Notes under the pieces: model-generated | Told to the model about the DNA's origin: nothing | The model's database searches: none | The model's input: the letters and a program-made list of their open reading frames with translations, nothing else | Assembly (NCBI GenBank): GCA_963706595.1 | Contig: OY970166.1 | Location: forward strand, 3,680,001-3,744,000 | Source of the DNA: an uncultured cyanobacterium | Lineage (GTDB): Bacteria; Cyanobacteriota; Cyanobacteriia; Cyanobacteriales; Nostocaceae | Length of the DNA: 64,000 nucleotides | Direction: 5' to 3' | Shown here: in pieces, positions 30,023 through 40,609 of the stretch | Numbering within the stretch: position 1 is the stretch's first letter | Layout: every line of letters starts with the position of its first letter | Program-made: the position numbers and the translations under genes

Positions 30023-30361
30023 ATGAAATTCTTATATCATCCAGACCGAAAAAATATTACTTTAGCAGGAGTGCTGTATGCTTTGGGCGATCCCGTGCGG
30101 CTAGAGATTGTGCGGTTGCTGGCCACTCAGGGAGAGCAGTGTTGTGCGGGGTTTGATTTTGCGATCGCCAAGTCAACTATGTCAAATCATTTTAAAATTT
30201 TACGAGAGTCGGGAGTTGTGTTAACTCATAAAGAAGGCACACAACATATAAATAGGTTACGACAAGAAGATTTAGAGGCACTATTTCCAGGGTTACTGGA
30301 TGCGGTGTTAAAGTCAGCACAACCATTGTTGCTTTATCAACAGTCAGTAGTAAGCCAATAA
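30023..30361 (+). CDS. rexT: ArsR/SmtB-family redox-sensing repressor
   Basis: ALGDPVRLEIV, Cys40-Cys41, STMSNHFKILRESG; divergent from thioredoxin. Confidence 0.85.
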   Translation: MKFLYHPDRKNITLAGVLYALGDPVRLEIVRLLATQGEQCCAGFDFAIAKSTMSNHFKILRESGVVLTHKEGTQHINRLRQEDLEALFPGLLDAVLKSAQPLLLYQQSVVSQ

Positions 30362-30366
30362 AGTCT

Positions 30367-31989
30367 ATGACTCGAAAACCTATTCAACGACCATCAAAGC
30401 TCATTCGTTCATGGATTACCAAATTTTTAATTCCCGCCCTCTTCAGTTTGTTGTTAATAGTTACACCTGCTTTAGCCACAGAACAATCACCTGTTAGCAT
30501 TGATGGTCGCTTAGTATTTCAAGTCGGTAGAACTGAGGAATTTACAGCCAAAGAACGAGCAGATTGGATTAACTTGCGGCTGCGTCAGATTGTCTTATCT
30601 CAAGAACCAGTGGAGGTAGTAATTCAAGAACGTAACCAATCGCCAACAATTATTGTCAATCAACAATATCTGCTGACTGTAACTCAAGCAGATGTGGTGG
30701 ATAATAACACACCGCAAGCACAAGCACAAGCTTGGATTATGCAATTGGATACAGTATTACAGCAAGCTCAAAAAGAGCGCGGTGGTGACTTTATTCGTAA
30801 TGCGTTGCTGCTGAGTGCTGGCGTTTTGATCGTAGCATTTGCCTGTCACAATCTCTTAGGATGGCTATGGAAGCGTTCCCGACAAGAAGTTTTGCACCGC
30901 TTACCTCCATCTCCTGATGAAGCAGAAGTAGATTCTAGTTCATCCACAGCTTTGAATTTGTTATTTAATTTTACCCTGCTGGCGGCGCGGATGTGGGTTT
31001 GGGTGAGCGTAATTCTCTACATTACTAACTTATTACCTTTTAGTCGGATTTGGAGCTACCGTCTTGCTAATCAATTGATTCAAAGTTTAACATCTCCCAT
31101 ATTAACTTTAGGTCAAAGTCAATATTCAGTTATTTATTTGTTGGTCTTAATAGTGTTGTTATTGGGACTAATGATTTTAGCTGGTGCAGCCACAAACCTT
31201 TTGAGAACTCGAATTTTACAATTCACAGGAATAGATAGAGGCGCTCAAGAAGCTGTTGCAGTGATCACTAAATATACAATTATTATCGTGGGCGCAATTG
31301 TATTATTACAGGTCTGGGGACTAGATTTAAGTTCACTCACAATTCTGGCAAGTGCTTTGGGGGTGGGGATTGGTTTTGGCTTCCAAGATATCGCTAAAAA
31401 TTTCGGTAGTGGTGTAATTTTATTGTTTGAGCGCCCAATTCAGGTAGGCGATTTTGTCGAAGTTGGTGACATAGAAGGTACGGTAGAACGCATTGGTGGT
31501 CGTAGTACCCTATTACGAACTTTAGATCAAATTTCCATTATTGTTCCCAATTCCCGGTTTCTGGAAGATAAGGTGATTAATTGGAGCTATAAAAATCCGG
31601 TTTCACGGCTGCGAATTCCAGTTGGTGTTGCCTATGGTTCTAATATTAGTGCAGTCAAGAAGGCACTGTTAGAAGCAGTTCACGAGCAGTCTGGAATTTT
31701 GCTAATTCCTACCCCGACCATCTTATTCATTGGGTTTGGGGATAGTTCCCTGAATTTCGTCCTGCTGGTTTGGACTGCTAAACCTAGTGAACAATATTTA
31801 ATTAAAAGTAATTTGTACTTCCGAATTGAAGAACTTTTCAGGAAGCATCATATACAAATTCCATTTCCGCAGAGGGATTTACACATCCGTTCTGGAAATT
31901 TACCGCTAGAATTATCACCGGAGTTGGAAGCAACTCTGCGGGAATTATCTCAAAAACCTAGAAGTAGTAAAAAAGATCATAATCTATAA
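30367..31989 (+). CDS. MscS-family mechanosensitive channel
   Basis: LGVGIGFGFQD, ERPIQVGD, IVPNS, IPFPQRD. Confidence 0.92.
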   Translation: MTRKPIQRPSKLIRSWITKFLIPALFSLLLIVTPALATEQSPVSIDGRLVFQVGRTEEFTAKERADWINLRLRQIVLSQEPVEVVIQERNQSPTIIVNQQYLLTVTQADVVDNNTPQAQAQAWIMQLDTVLQQAQKERGGDFIRNALLLSAGVLIVAFACHNLLGWLWKRSRQEVLHRLPPSPDEAEVDSSSSTALNLLFNFTLLAARMWVWVSVILYITNLLPFSRIWSYRLANQLIQSLTSPILTLGQSQYSVIYLLVLIVLLLGLMILAGAATNLLRTRILQFTGIDRGAQEAVAVITKYTIIIVGAIVLLQVWGLDLSSLTILASALGVGIGFGFQDIAKNFGSGVILLFERPIQVGDFVEVGDIEGTVERIGGRSTLLRTLDQISIIVPNSRFLEDKVINWSYKNPVSRLRIPVGVAYGSNISAVKKALLEAVHEQSGILLIPTPTILFIGFGDSSLNFVLLVWTAKPSEQYLIKSNLYFRIEELFRKHHIQIPFPQRDLHIRSGNLPLELSPELEATLRELSQKPRSSKKDHNL

Positions 31990-32003
31990 GAATCAATTTA
32001 TTG

Positions 32004-32109
32004 TATAGCGGTTATCAGTTAAGTGAGATACAAGAACCCCACCCCCAACCCCCTCCCCGCAAGCGAGGAGGGGGCTATGATGTACTTCATTGAAGTGGAT
32101 ACCGCTATA
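32004..32109. mobile_element. TATAGC-bounded MITE carrying a REP-like hairpin
   Basis: TATAGCGGT...ACCGCTATA perfect 9-nt TIR. Confidence 0.7.
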
Positions 32110-32338
32110 AATAGGTAAAATTAAGTAAATCACCAGGGCGGAGGAAATTACTCAGATAATTTCACAAGTTAATTAAACTTGTTAGGGTAATTCCCTATCG
32201 CTCTGGTGCTTCTTTAGCGGAGATATCCGCCATAAGGGTATAAGTAAAGGGTTTTCAAAGCCTATAACAGTTATTTGAAAAATATTGTATCAGCCCACAC
32301 ATTTTTATGCTGTTTTCACAATGTGAGACGATCAATAT

Positions 32339-33112
32339 TTATGTTTGTCGATGAACGAGGGTGGCGCTGGCTTGGTCAACTGGCATGAGGATGATTTCGT
32401 TAATATTGACATGAGGCGATCGCGTGACGCAGAAAAATATCACATCAGCGATATCATCGGCTATGAGGGGAGTAACTCCTTGATAAACTTTGTCAGCCCG
32501 TGCAGTATCACCATGAAAGCGCACACTGCTAAATTCCGTTTCTACCATCCCAGGGTCAACGGAAGTCACCCTGATAGGAGTTCCCAACAAGTCTTGTTTT
32601 AAACCTTCAGAAATTGCCTTGACAGCAGCTTTAGTAGCACAGTAAACGCCACCACCGGGATAGGTTTGATGTCCAGCAATGGAACCTAAATTCACAATAT
32701 GACCGCGATCGCGTTTCACCATTCCAGGCACTACATAACGGGTCAGGTAAAGCAACCCCTTAAGATTAGTATCAATCATTTCATCCCAGTCTTGAACGTC
32801 GCCTTGATGCAGCTTATCTAAACCGCGACTCAAACCAGCATTATTAATCAGAATATCGATATCAGACCAAGCCGGAGGTAAACTGGAAATTGCAGATTCA
32901 ACCGCCGAGCGATCGCGTACATCTAACTGTAACAAATGAGTCTCCACACCAAACTCTTTGTTAAGTGTATCTGCTAATTCCTGCAAGCGTTCCCACCGTC
33001 GCGCCGCCAAAATTAATTTTGCCCCCGCACCAGCAAAAATTCTGGCGCAAGCAGTACCGATACCACTACTCGCACCAGTAATAAGAATGATTTGATTTTG
33101 GACAGAAATCAT
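32339..33112 (-). CDS. Short-chain dehydrogenase, YdfG-like
   Basis: TGASSGIG, NNAG, YCATK, PGMVETEFS. Confidence 0.92.
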   Translation of the reverse strand: MISVQNQIILITGASSGIGTACARIFAGAGAKLILAARRWERLQELADTLNKEFGVETHLLQLDVRDRSAVESAISSLPPAWSDIDILINNAGLSRGLDKLHQGDVQDWDEMIDTNLKGLLYLTRYVVPGMVKRDRGHIVNLGSIAGHQTYPGGGVYCATKAAVKAISEGLKQDLLGTPIRVTSVDPGMVETEFSSVRFHGDTARADKVYQGVTPLIADDIADVIFFCVTRSPHVNINEIILMPVDQASATLVHRQT

Positions 33113-33323
33113 GATTAATTAAGAGCTAATCTGCAAAAATACTGTAGATACAAAAGGGACAAGAGAACAAGAACTACTCCCCAGAAGAAGCAGGGGCGCA
33201 CCGGAGCAGGGAGCAAGGGGGAGTGAGAAATTACTTTAAACTTCCGGTTACTTAACAACCGTTCCTCTTCTCCCCTGCCCCCTGCACCCTGCACCCGTTC
33301 CTCTTCTCCCCATTCCCCACTCC

Positions 33324-34256
33324 CTACCTAACCACTTGCAGACGCTGAGTCACCATAGTCATTCCACCACCTCGCAGAATGACCGCAGAAACCCAACGGT
33401 TCCCAGGAGTAGCTGGTGCGCGTCCCACTTTAAAAAGTCCACCAGATGTCAACAATTCCAAATCTACAGATGTGGGATTGAGATATTTACTGACTTGAAC
33501 TGGTTCTTCAATTGCGGTTCCCAACAAAAAATCCTCGCCCAGTGGTTCTTGGACAATGGCATCAAAACTATATTGCTGTCCTACTCTGACTTGCTGTGGT
33601 AAATTAACATCAATTTGGGGTGGCTTGTTACCAGAGGTAAGTAGGCTCCGTTCGGATAAAATCTCTTGATGAACTATTTTTGCGCCTTGCATCCGTTGGC
33701 GGGAAATAATCGTAGCATTGAGAGCTAAATTGTTACTGTTAGCAGAAGGTAAGCCAGTTATATTAGTTATCGTTTCGGCGACAATGGCATTGCCTTCAGC
33801 TTTCCAAGATTGCAACTGTGTATTGTATCGCAACTGCGGATATCGTTTCCAGAGTGCTATCAAGGATTGTTCTAGAGATTGGGCGTTTAATCCATCTCCA
33901 TGTGTGAAGGTGGGGCTGTATAATTGCATTACTCCTTTAATATCGCCTTGGCTTGCTGCTGCATCCATTTGCGTTAAGAGATTTCTCAACTCAGTGGGTG
34001 TACTGCTGGGAACAGTTTCCGCAGTTTGTATTCTTTGAGCAAAACCGTTGGCTGTGCGAGATTCGCGTAGCCTGATTCTTAAAGACATCTGAGATTCTTT
34101 GACAGCAGCAGAGACGGGCTGCGCTTGTCCTGGAGTTTTGGCTTGAACGAGTTGCCCATTACTCGTGAAACTAAGTATCAGCAGAGACAAAGTTAACCAA
34201 ATACTATGAGGAAATTTCTGTTGGTGTTTCAGTAATAAGGCAGTAATGTTAGTCAT
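33324..34256 (-). CDS. Exported NTF2/SnoaL-like domain protein
   Basis: Signal peptide, F.HGDGL motif, GGLFKVGRAP. Confidence 0.7.
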   Translation of the reverse strand: MTNITALLLKHQQKFPHSIWLTLSLLILSFTSNGQLVQAKTPGQAQPVSAAVKESQMSLRIRLRESRTANGFAQRIQTAETVPSSTPTELRNLLTQMDAAASQGDIKGVMQLYSPTFTHGDGLNAQSLEQSLIALWKRYPQLRYNTQLQSWKAEGNAIVAETITNITGLPSANSNNLALNATIISRQRMQGAKIVHQEILSERSLLTSGNKPPQIDVNLPQQVRVGQQYSFDAIVQEPLGEDFLLGTAIEEPVQVSKYLNPTSVDLELLTSGGLFKVGRAPATPGNRWVSAVILRGGGMTMVTQRLQVVR

Positions 34257-34341
34257 TTGGTAAGAGTTGACTGATTTGAGTAAAGAACGTCAGGAAATTG
34301 TTTTATCTTAGATAACCTAAGCGCTAAACGGTAGAGTTTTG

Positions 34342-35421
34342 ATGGCAAACGCACCGATAAAATTATTAATAGCTGCGAGTGGGACTGGTGGACATTTGTT
34401 TCCCGCGATCGCACTGGCTCAAAAGCTGCCAGACTATGAAATTGAATGGCTGGGTGTCCCCAATCGTTTAGAAACTCAACTGGTTCCCACGCAGTACCCT
34501 TTGAATACTATTGCAGTTGAAGGGTTTCAGCAAGGATTTGGATTGTCCACACTCCGGATCTTGGGTCAGCTGATGGCGGCGATTCTGGAAGTGCGGCGAA
34601 TCCTTAAACAAGGTAAGTTTCAAGGTGTTGTCACCACTGGGGGTTATATCGCCGGACCAAGCGTGATTGCGGCGCGTTCTCTGGGTTTACCTGTAGTTTT
34701 TCATGAATCTAACGCCTTACCTGGTAAAGTCACCCGATTTTTTGGTCCTTGGTGCAGTGTTGTAGCTTTAGGATTTGCCGAGGCTAGTCAGTATTTACCT
34801 CGGTCTAAAAATGTCTGTGTGGGGACTCCGGTACGTTCGCAATTTTTGGATGAAGGTCTGGAGACAACACTAGATTTACCCATTCCTGACGGTGTTCCTT
34901 TAATTGTAGTCTTTGGCGGCAGTCAGGGTGCGGTGGCGGTGAATCAATTAGTGCGCCAGTCAGCTGCGGCTTGGTTTGATGCGGGTGCTTATGTGGTACA
35001 TTTAACAGGCGATCGCGATCCCGAAGCCGAGAGCCTCAAACATTCACAATATATCGCATTACCCTTTTACGACAATATGGCCGCATTATTAAGACGAGCC
35101 AATTTAGCCATTAGTCGGGCTGGTGCTGGTAGTTTGACAGAATTAGGAGTATGTGGAACGCCAGCGATCTTAATTCCTTACCCCTTTGCTGCCGAAGACC
35201 ATCAAGCATACAATGCAGATGTATTTACTAAAGCTGGCGCAGCGTTAACTTTTAAACAATCTGAGTTAACAACCAAGATATTGCAAACTCAGATTTTAAA
35301 TTTATTACAATCACCAACAGAGTTAACCAAAATGGCAGAAAATGCCAAGGCGATCGCAATTCCTGATAGTGCCGAAAAGTTAGCTTCTTTAGTCCGTGAG
35401 ATAGTTGAAATTTTTCAATAA
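34342..35421 (+). CDS. murG: Undecaprenyl-PP-MurNAc-pentapeptide GlcNAc transferase
   Basis: SGTGGHLFP, HESNALPG, GGSQGA, SRAGAG. Confidence 0.96.
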   Translation: MANAPIKLLIAASGTGGHLFPAIALAQKLPDYEIEWLGVPNRLETQLVPTQYPLNTIAVEGFQQGFGLSTLRILGQLMAAILEVRRILKQGKFQGVVTTGGYIAGPSVIAARSLGLPVVFHESNALPGKVTRFFGPWCSVVALGFAEASQYLPRSKNVCVGTPVRSQFLDEGLETTLDLPIPDGVPLIVVFGGSQGAVAVNQLVRQSAAAWFDAGAYVVHLTGDRDPEAESLKHSQYIALPFYDNMAALLRRANLAISRAGAGSLTELGVCGTPAILIPYPFAAEDHQAYNADVFTKAGAALTFKQSELTTKILQTQILNLLQSPTELTKMAENAKAIAIPDSAEKLASLVREIVEIFQ

Positions 35422-36179
35422 TTAAAAACTACTCGACCACCAGAACGCCAATCGCAATGAATAAAGCCTCTATGCATTCCTCTTCCCAATCCAGTACAAT
35501 CAGAGGCGCGACAAATTTCCATTAGCCGTCCAAAGTTGCGATCTAATGGGTAAATATCAATTGCTAATCCTTGGATATGTTGAGAACGGATCGCACCTTT
35601 GATTTTGCGATTAACTGCGGGTGTGCGATAACCAGAAGTTACACCAATACTACTGCCATATTTATCCCGAATTTTGCCAAAACCTTGCGCTGTTTTCACA
35701 ATATTATCGATAATCCTTTTTGACTCTGGCGCTCTTTCAGGATCACAACCTTTGGTCATTTCTCCCCAAGTCAAAGGAATACCAGGAACAATCAATTCAT
35801 GTTGATAAACTGTCACACCAGTTACAAGCTTCATAGTGCGACCACTTTTAGTCCCCAGAGTTATTGTAGGTAAAGGTGTTAGTTGCTGGGTTTGTTCTTC
35901 AAGTACCTGATGATTTTCTGCAATTTCCAGCAATGCAGCCGCAGTGCTTGGTCCTAACAACTCCGGAGAATTTAGCCAAACACTTTCTTTGAATTCTGCA
36001 AATGCTTTTTCGGTTAAATTACCCACAATGCCATCAACTTTACCTGTATAAAATTCTTTTTTACTCAGCAAAGTTTGAATTTCTTTAACAGTCGCAACAT
36101 CAGCTTCATTGAGTTTAACTGTAGTATTAGAACTCTGAATCGTTTCTAAATTAATAAATTCCTCGACAACATTTGTCAT
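35415..36179 (-). CDS. Peptidoglycan-binding domain plus peptidase M15 (Zn D-Ala-D-Ala type)
   Basis: DGIVGNLT PG-binding motif; TSGYRT, SQHIQGLAID, FIHCD. Confidence 0.85.
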   Translation of the reverse strand: MTNVVEEFINLETIQSSNTTVKLNEADVATVKEIQTLLSKKEFYTGKVDGIVGNLTEKAFAEFKESVWLNSPELLGPSTAAALLEIAENHQVLEEQTQQLTPLPTITLGTKSGRTMKLVTGVTVYQHELIVPGIPLTWGEMTKGCDPERAPESKRIIDNIVKTAQGFGKIRDKYGSSIGVTSGYRTPAVNRKIKGAIRSQHIQGLAIDIYPLDRNFGRLMEICRASDCTGLGRGMHRGFIHCDWRSGGRVVFNY

Positions 36180-36766
36180 ATATATCTCTCCTTAAATTAG
36201 GTGGTGAATGACTCAGGAAGACGCTATTGCAATACGTCCGGACAAAAGCTAATTAAATAAGCTTCTCATTGATTATCAATGATCTGTTTATTTAAGACCA
36301 CTTGTACTAGCCAGCACAAATTCAATTACCATAAATGAACCCCTATGATTTGTTTTTCTGCTTTCAATGAAATTATCCTTCAAGAAAATCAGAAATTCTA
36401 ATTAAGAATTCGATAGGCAAAACCAATAACCAAAAACAGGAAACAAAGAATATGTACCTGTATTAAATAGATTTTTTACCAGAATTAAATATAATTTATG
36501 TTCTCACATTTATTTCGTGTTTTGAGTGATATAACATTCATTTTAATAATTTAACATAACTGTGTAATTAATATACATAATAATTAAATTATAAGTAATA
36601 GGTAAAAATAAATTTTAATAAAATTTATCATCTGCGATATTTAGTATAAAGATATACGAAGTATTCTTAAGTTTGGCAGCCCCTCTTCAGACACTCCTTT
36701 ATCTGTGCCTGATTGTATTGTACAATTTAGAACCAGTAAATCTTCCGAATTTGCGACACACCATTC

Positions 36767-37255
36767 ATGCTGAGGGTTAGCCTTATGACAAAATTAATCT
36801 GGTTTCCGGTTGTGGCTTCTGCTGTAATCATAGGATATGCAGATCAATTAGCCATTAGCCGAAAACCCAAAAACTATATGCAGATGTCGCTAAACTCTTC
36901 AGAAACAGTTGCGGAGTTAGACAAGCCTACGCCGATCAAATTTTCTCCAGCTACGAGCAAAATTGATCAAAAAGCAGCCTTTGACTTAGTTTGGCAACTA
37001 CCATTAGTACAACGCAAAGCACGAGAAATTCAATACCTCTCTAAGGGGACGATAAAGGTTGCAGCAATTGTTTATGATTATCCTACGCCAAATGACCCCT
37101 ACTACAAAGTTAGAGTATTTGACGGTGAACCAAAACACGATACAACAATTTATTGGTTCCGTGTCTTGAATACAGGAGATGTGATTGAAGTCCTAGATGT
37201 TATAGACAACAAATATATCTCCTTGGAAAAATGGCGGGAACAATTAAAACCCTAG
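36767..37255 (+). CDS. Hypothetical exported protein
   Basis: N-terminal hydrophobic segment, 162-aa ORF. Confidence 0.6.
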   Translation: MLRVSLMTKLIWFPVVASAVIIGYADQLAISRKPKNYMQMSLNSSETVAELDKPTPIKFSPATSKIDQKAAFDLVWQLPLVQRKAREIQYLSKGTIKVAAIVYDYPTPNDPYYKVRVFDGEPKHDTTIYWFRVLNTGDVIEVLDVIDNKYISLEKWREQLKP

Positions 37256-37313
37256 CAAGAATTAATTGTGCCATTCCGGGCTACAGTTGGGATAGTTTTG
37301 AATCAGTAAATCC

Positions 37314-37559
37314 ATGTCTGAACACAAACCTCTAAGTCCTTGGCACTACAAACCTTGGTGGTGTCAGCCCTGGTCTATCATGCTTACAGGCACAACACTG
37401 ATTAGCGGTAGTTGGTTAGTATTTAAAATTCTTTGGCTAACGGTTCTTGTTTCCATCCCTGTCTTCACATGGATGGGATTTTTTATCTTAATTTGGCCAC
37501 AACTAATGATTCGCAATGGTGGTTTGGAGTCACATCAAAGTCAGGGTAAGCTCATGTAA
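37314..37559 (+). CDS. Small membrane protein (DUF6737-like)
   Basis: W.YKPWWCQPWSI.LTG signature and two TM helices. Confidence 0.8.
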   Translation: MSEHKPLSPWHYKPWWCQPWSIMLTGTTLISGSWLVFKILWLTVLVSIPVFTWMGFFILIWPQLMIRNGGLESHQSQGKLM

Positions 37560-37585
37560 GCTGGCGCTCTCCCGCCAAGCCTAAC

Positions 37586-38310
37586 GTGTACACACAAGTC
37601 TAAAAACCTTTATTTGGGTAGGGTGTGTTATGGACGTTAGTCCTAACGCACCGAAAATTTAGCTTAAACAGCAAGAAGCCTCTCACTTAACACGATAGCG
37701 GAAGTGATGAGATGAATTGCGCGTGAATTGACGACAGTCTCCCGACCAATGCGACAGCGAGGAAGGGAGACACGGAGGAAACGAGCAAAATATTTTAAAT
37801 TTGGTATAATCGATTTGGTTGACTTCACCCATATTGGTGTCTGATAAGCCTCTGTCCAATAGCATTACGATTATTGGTAAGCGACTCCGTTGCACAGCAT
37901 AGAAGCAAGTAGGCACATCTTGATTAATACAGATCACCTCCGGGTTTGTCCTATAGCGCGAATAAGCCAGCATTTCATCCAGGACAGTAAAATTTGTAGG
38001 GTACAAGGTAAGAAATTGCATAGTCTGCGGAGGGGCTTCTCGTGGACTTAAAACAAAGCTCAGTCAATGTCTTCATAGAAGAGTCGCTGAGAAGCCTACA
38101 CTGTATGCTTGCATCAGTGTAGGAGTATGTCACGATGCAATACCTTTCGGTTAAGGGATGTAGAGACGTTCCATGGAACGTCTCTACAAGGGTTTTCGGC
38201 TCACGAATTTGCTTAACCAAACAGTATTGATTTAGGATGGTGCGTTGCGCTACGCGACAACACACCCTACAAAAAAAGATTTGGAGTAATTTAATGATTT
38301 GTGTGTACAC
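37586..38310. mobile_element. Outer MITE enclosing REP hairpins and an IS605 remnant
   Basis: TIR GTGTACACACAAGTC / GATTTGTGTGTACAC (14 of 15 match). Confidence 0.7.
37672..38133 (+). mobile_element. Non-autonomous IS200/IS605-family derivative without transposase ORF
   Basis: Left end CAAGAAGCCTCTCACTT...AAGTGATGAGATGAATTG; right end AGAAGCCTACACTG...CAGTGTAGGAGTATGTCAC. Confidence 0.7.
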
Positions 38311-38649
38311 CGTCGCCTGCCACGCTGAAGCTATGACGGGAGATTTTTGTATAAAAGTCTGAACCTATCTCTAAGCTCCAACGGTGAACTAGTAGCACAA
38401 ATTTGTCTCCATGCACATCGTATCAGTTTTTTGACTAGACTCAATATAAATACAGATGCTAAAAGGCATAACATATTGTGTTACACAGATAAATTGTCCG
38501 CCAGTCTGAGGGTTAAACTATATTGATAGAGCCTGCTGCGGATAAACCCAGAAAAAGGCTTAATTTTTATGATTTTATTTGGCAACTCTGGTTTTTACTC
38601 GTAAAATCGAAGACAAAGTAAAAAGCAATAGCATAAATACTCTAAATTA

Positions 38650-39582
38650 ATGAGTCAGTTAATAAGTCAGGGTGCGAGAGTTTTCACTAATTCTCAAATG
38701 GTAGATCGGATAAATGATATCGCTTGGCAGGCTCACCAAGGTAGTGTAGCCGCCATTATTCAACTATTGAACGAAAAACTAGCTCATTCGGGGGTGAGAA
38801 CCAGGGCTATTTTTGTCGCTGGTGTTTTACAACTTTTGTGTGAGGCGGCTAGAGAAGAACAACTTGACCAATCTACTCTAGTAGAACAAATTCAGCAAAT
38901 CCTGAATTCCATTACACCCCGTAATATTCGTAGAGTTAATATCAACAGTCGAATTGTTCGGGAACAGCAACTACTTTGGCTGACAGAAATTCACCGCAAC
39001 CATCAATTACTCTGGTCACAGGAAATTACATTAACTCAGCCCCATATCTTCCAACAGCTAGTCGCAGATTTAAAAGAAGCTCGAACTCAAGTAAAAATAA
39101 ATTTACCTAAGACCAAATTTTCTCGCTCTTCGGTGATTACGAAAAAGGCATCCAAGAAACGGCTACTAGCAGCCACTGGGTTATGTTCACTGTTATTGCT
39201 GGCTTGGGTTGTTTATGCCCAGTTGGGTGATAAATTGACAAATTTCGGACAAATAAATAGGACTAACTCTTTAGTTACAGCAAATGGTGATCAGACTCAA
39301 GCGGTATCTTTACCCCTTGCTGCTAATTATGGTATTTCTGCTCCTGTTGAAGAACCATTTTCAGACGCGGTGCGAATTGCTAACCAAGCTTCTGCTGCTG
39401 GTAAAATGGCCGTAACACCAACAGAGTGGTTAGAATTAGCTGCTCAGTGGCAACGAGCTTCAGATTTAATGGGTATGGTACCACCGAACCACAACCGCTA
39501 TCAGGAAGCAAAAATTCGGACTCGGTTGTACCAAAAATATAGTGAGGTGGCACAAGAAGAAGCTCGGAGAAGTTCAATATAA
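38650..39582 (+). CDS. Conserved membrane-anchored hypothetical protein
   Basis: AHQGSVAAIIQ.LN N-terminus, one TM helix, helical C-terminal domain. Confidence 0.75.
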   Translation: MSQLISQGARVFTNSQMVDRINDIAWQAHQGSVAAIIQLLNEKLAHSGVRTRAIFVAGVLQLLCEAAREEQLDQSTLVEQIQQILNSITPRNIRRVNINSRIVREQQLLWLTEIHRNHQLLWSQEITLTQPHIFQQLVADLKEARTQVKINLPKTKFSRSSVITKKASKKRLLAATGLCSLLLLAWVVYAQLGDKLTNFGQINRTNSLVTANGDQTQAVSLPLAANYGISAPVEEPFSDAVRIANQASAAGKMAVTPTEWLELAAQWQRASDLMGMVPPNHNRYQEAKIRTRLYQKYSEVAQEEARRSSI

Positions 39583-39634
39583 TTTTGACGGGGACATCAA
39601 AAGCTAGATATCCCCACAGATAAAAATATTCAGA

Positions 39635-40609
39635 TTAACTGCTCATCTCCAGCATCCGTTGCATTGGTTGCAGCGCCGCTAGGCGGATATCTTCTGACAT
39701 GGTGATTTCAGGAGTGCGATTTTTCATGGCTAAATATAGTTTTTCCAACGTGTTTAATCGCATAAATGGACACTCGTTACAATTACAGTTATTTAATGGT
39801 GGGGCAGGAATAAAGTGTTTGTCAGGAGCCAGTTTTTGCATTTGGTGAATGATGCCTGGCTCTGTAGCTATGATGAATTCTTTTGTAGGGCTGTTTTGAC
39901 AATATTTGAGTAAGGCGGCTGTTGACCCGATAAAACTGGCATGGCGTAATACACTACTTTCACATTCTGGGTGAGCGATCGCCTCTGCTTGGGGGTGTGT
40001 AATTTTTAACTGCACAATTTTCTTTTCAGAAAAGGTTTCATGAACAATACAGCTACCTTGCCATAGCAACAAATCTCGTCCAGTTTGTTCCATGACATAC
40101 CTTCCCAAGTTCCGATCTGGGGCAAAAATAATCGGCTGTGTGGGTGGGATTTGTTGGACAATCTTGACAGCGTTGGAACTGGTGCAGATAATGTCGCTCA
40201 TGGCTTTAATCTGGGCCGAGCAGTTGATGTATGAAATTACCAGATGATCTGGATGCGCGGCTTTAAAAGCTGCAAACGCTTCTGGTGGACAACTGTCGGC
40301 TAAAGAACAACCAGCATCTAAATCTGGTAAAAGCACCAATTTATCAGGATTCAAAATCTTGGCTGTCTCTGCCATGAAGTGAACACCAGCAAAGACAATT
40401 ACATCTGCATTGGTCTGGGCTGCGGCTTTGGCCAGTTGTAATGAATCCCCAATAAAGTCGGCGATATCTTGAATATCCGGTTCTTGATAGTAATGCGCCA
40501 AAATTACTGCGTTGAGTTCTTTTTTGAGAGTCTCAATGGCAGTAAATAAATCTAGCGGTAGTCCACCCGGTGGGGTGAGGTTTTGTTGAGGTAGTGCAGT
40601 GGTAAACAC
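39635..40609 (-). CDS. nadA: Quinolinate synthase
   Basis: [28 protein letters not shown]; start reset to GTG at 40609. Confidence 0.96.
   Translation of the reverse strand: MFTTALPQQNLTPPGGLPLDLFTAIETLKKELNAVILAHYYQEPDIQDIADFIGDSLQLAKAAAQTNADVIVFAGVHFMAETAKILNPDKLVLLPDLDAGCSLADSCPPEAFAAFKAAHPDHLVISYINCSAQIKAMSDIICTSSNAVKIVQQIPPTQPIIFAPDRNLGRYVMEQTGRDLLLWQGSCIVHETFSEKKIVQLKITHPQAEAIAHPECESSVLRHASFIGSTAALLKYCQNSPTKEFIIATEPGIIHQMQKLAPDKHFIPAPPLNNCNCNECPFMRLNTLEKLYLAMKNRTPEITMSEDIRLAALQPMQRMLEMSS

Noticed and set aside
36237..36242. TCCGGA as a heterocyst DIF1 promoter motif for the M15 peptidase
   Set aside because: A single hexamer with no convincing partner element; expected by chance
37683..38310. 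ORFs 37683-38021 and 37975-38310 as transposase genes
   Set aside because: No HUH/Y1, RuvC or zinc-finger motifs; they run across repeat hairpins on the opposite strand
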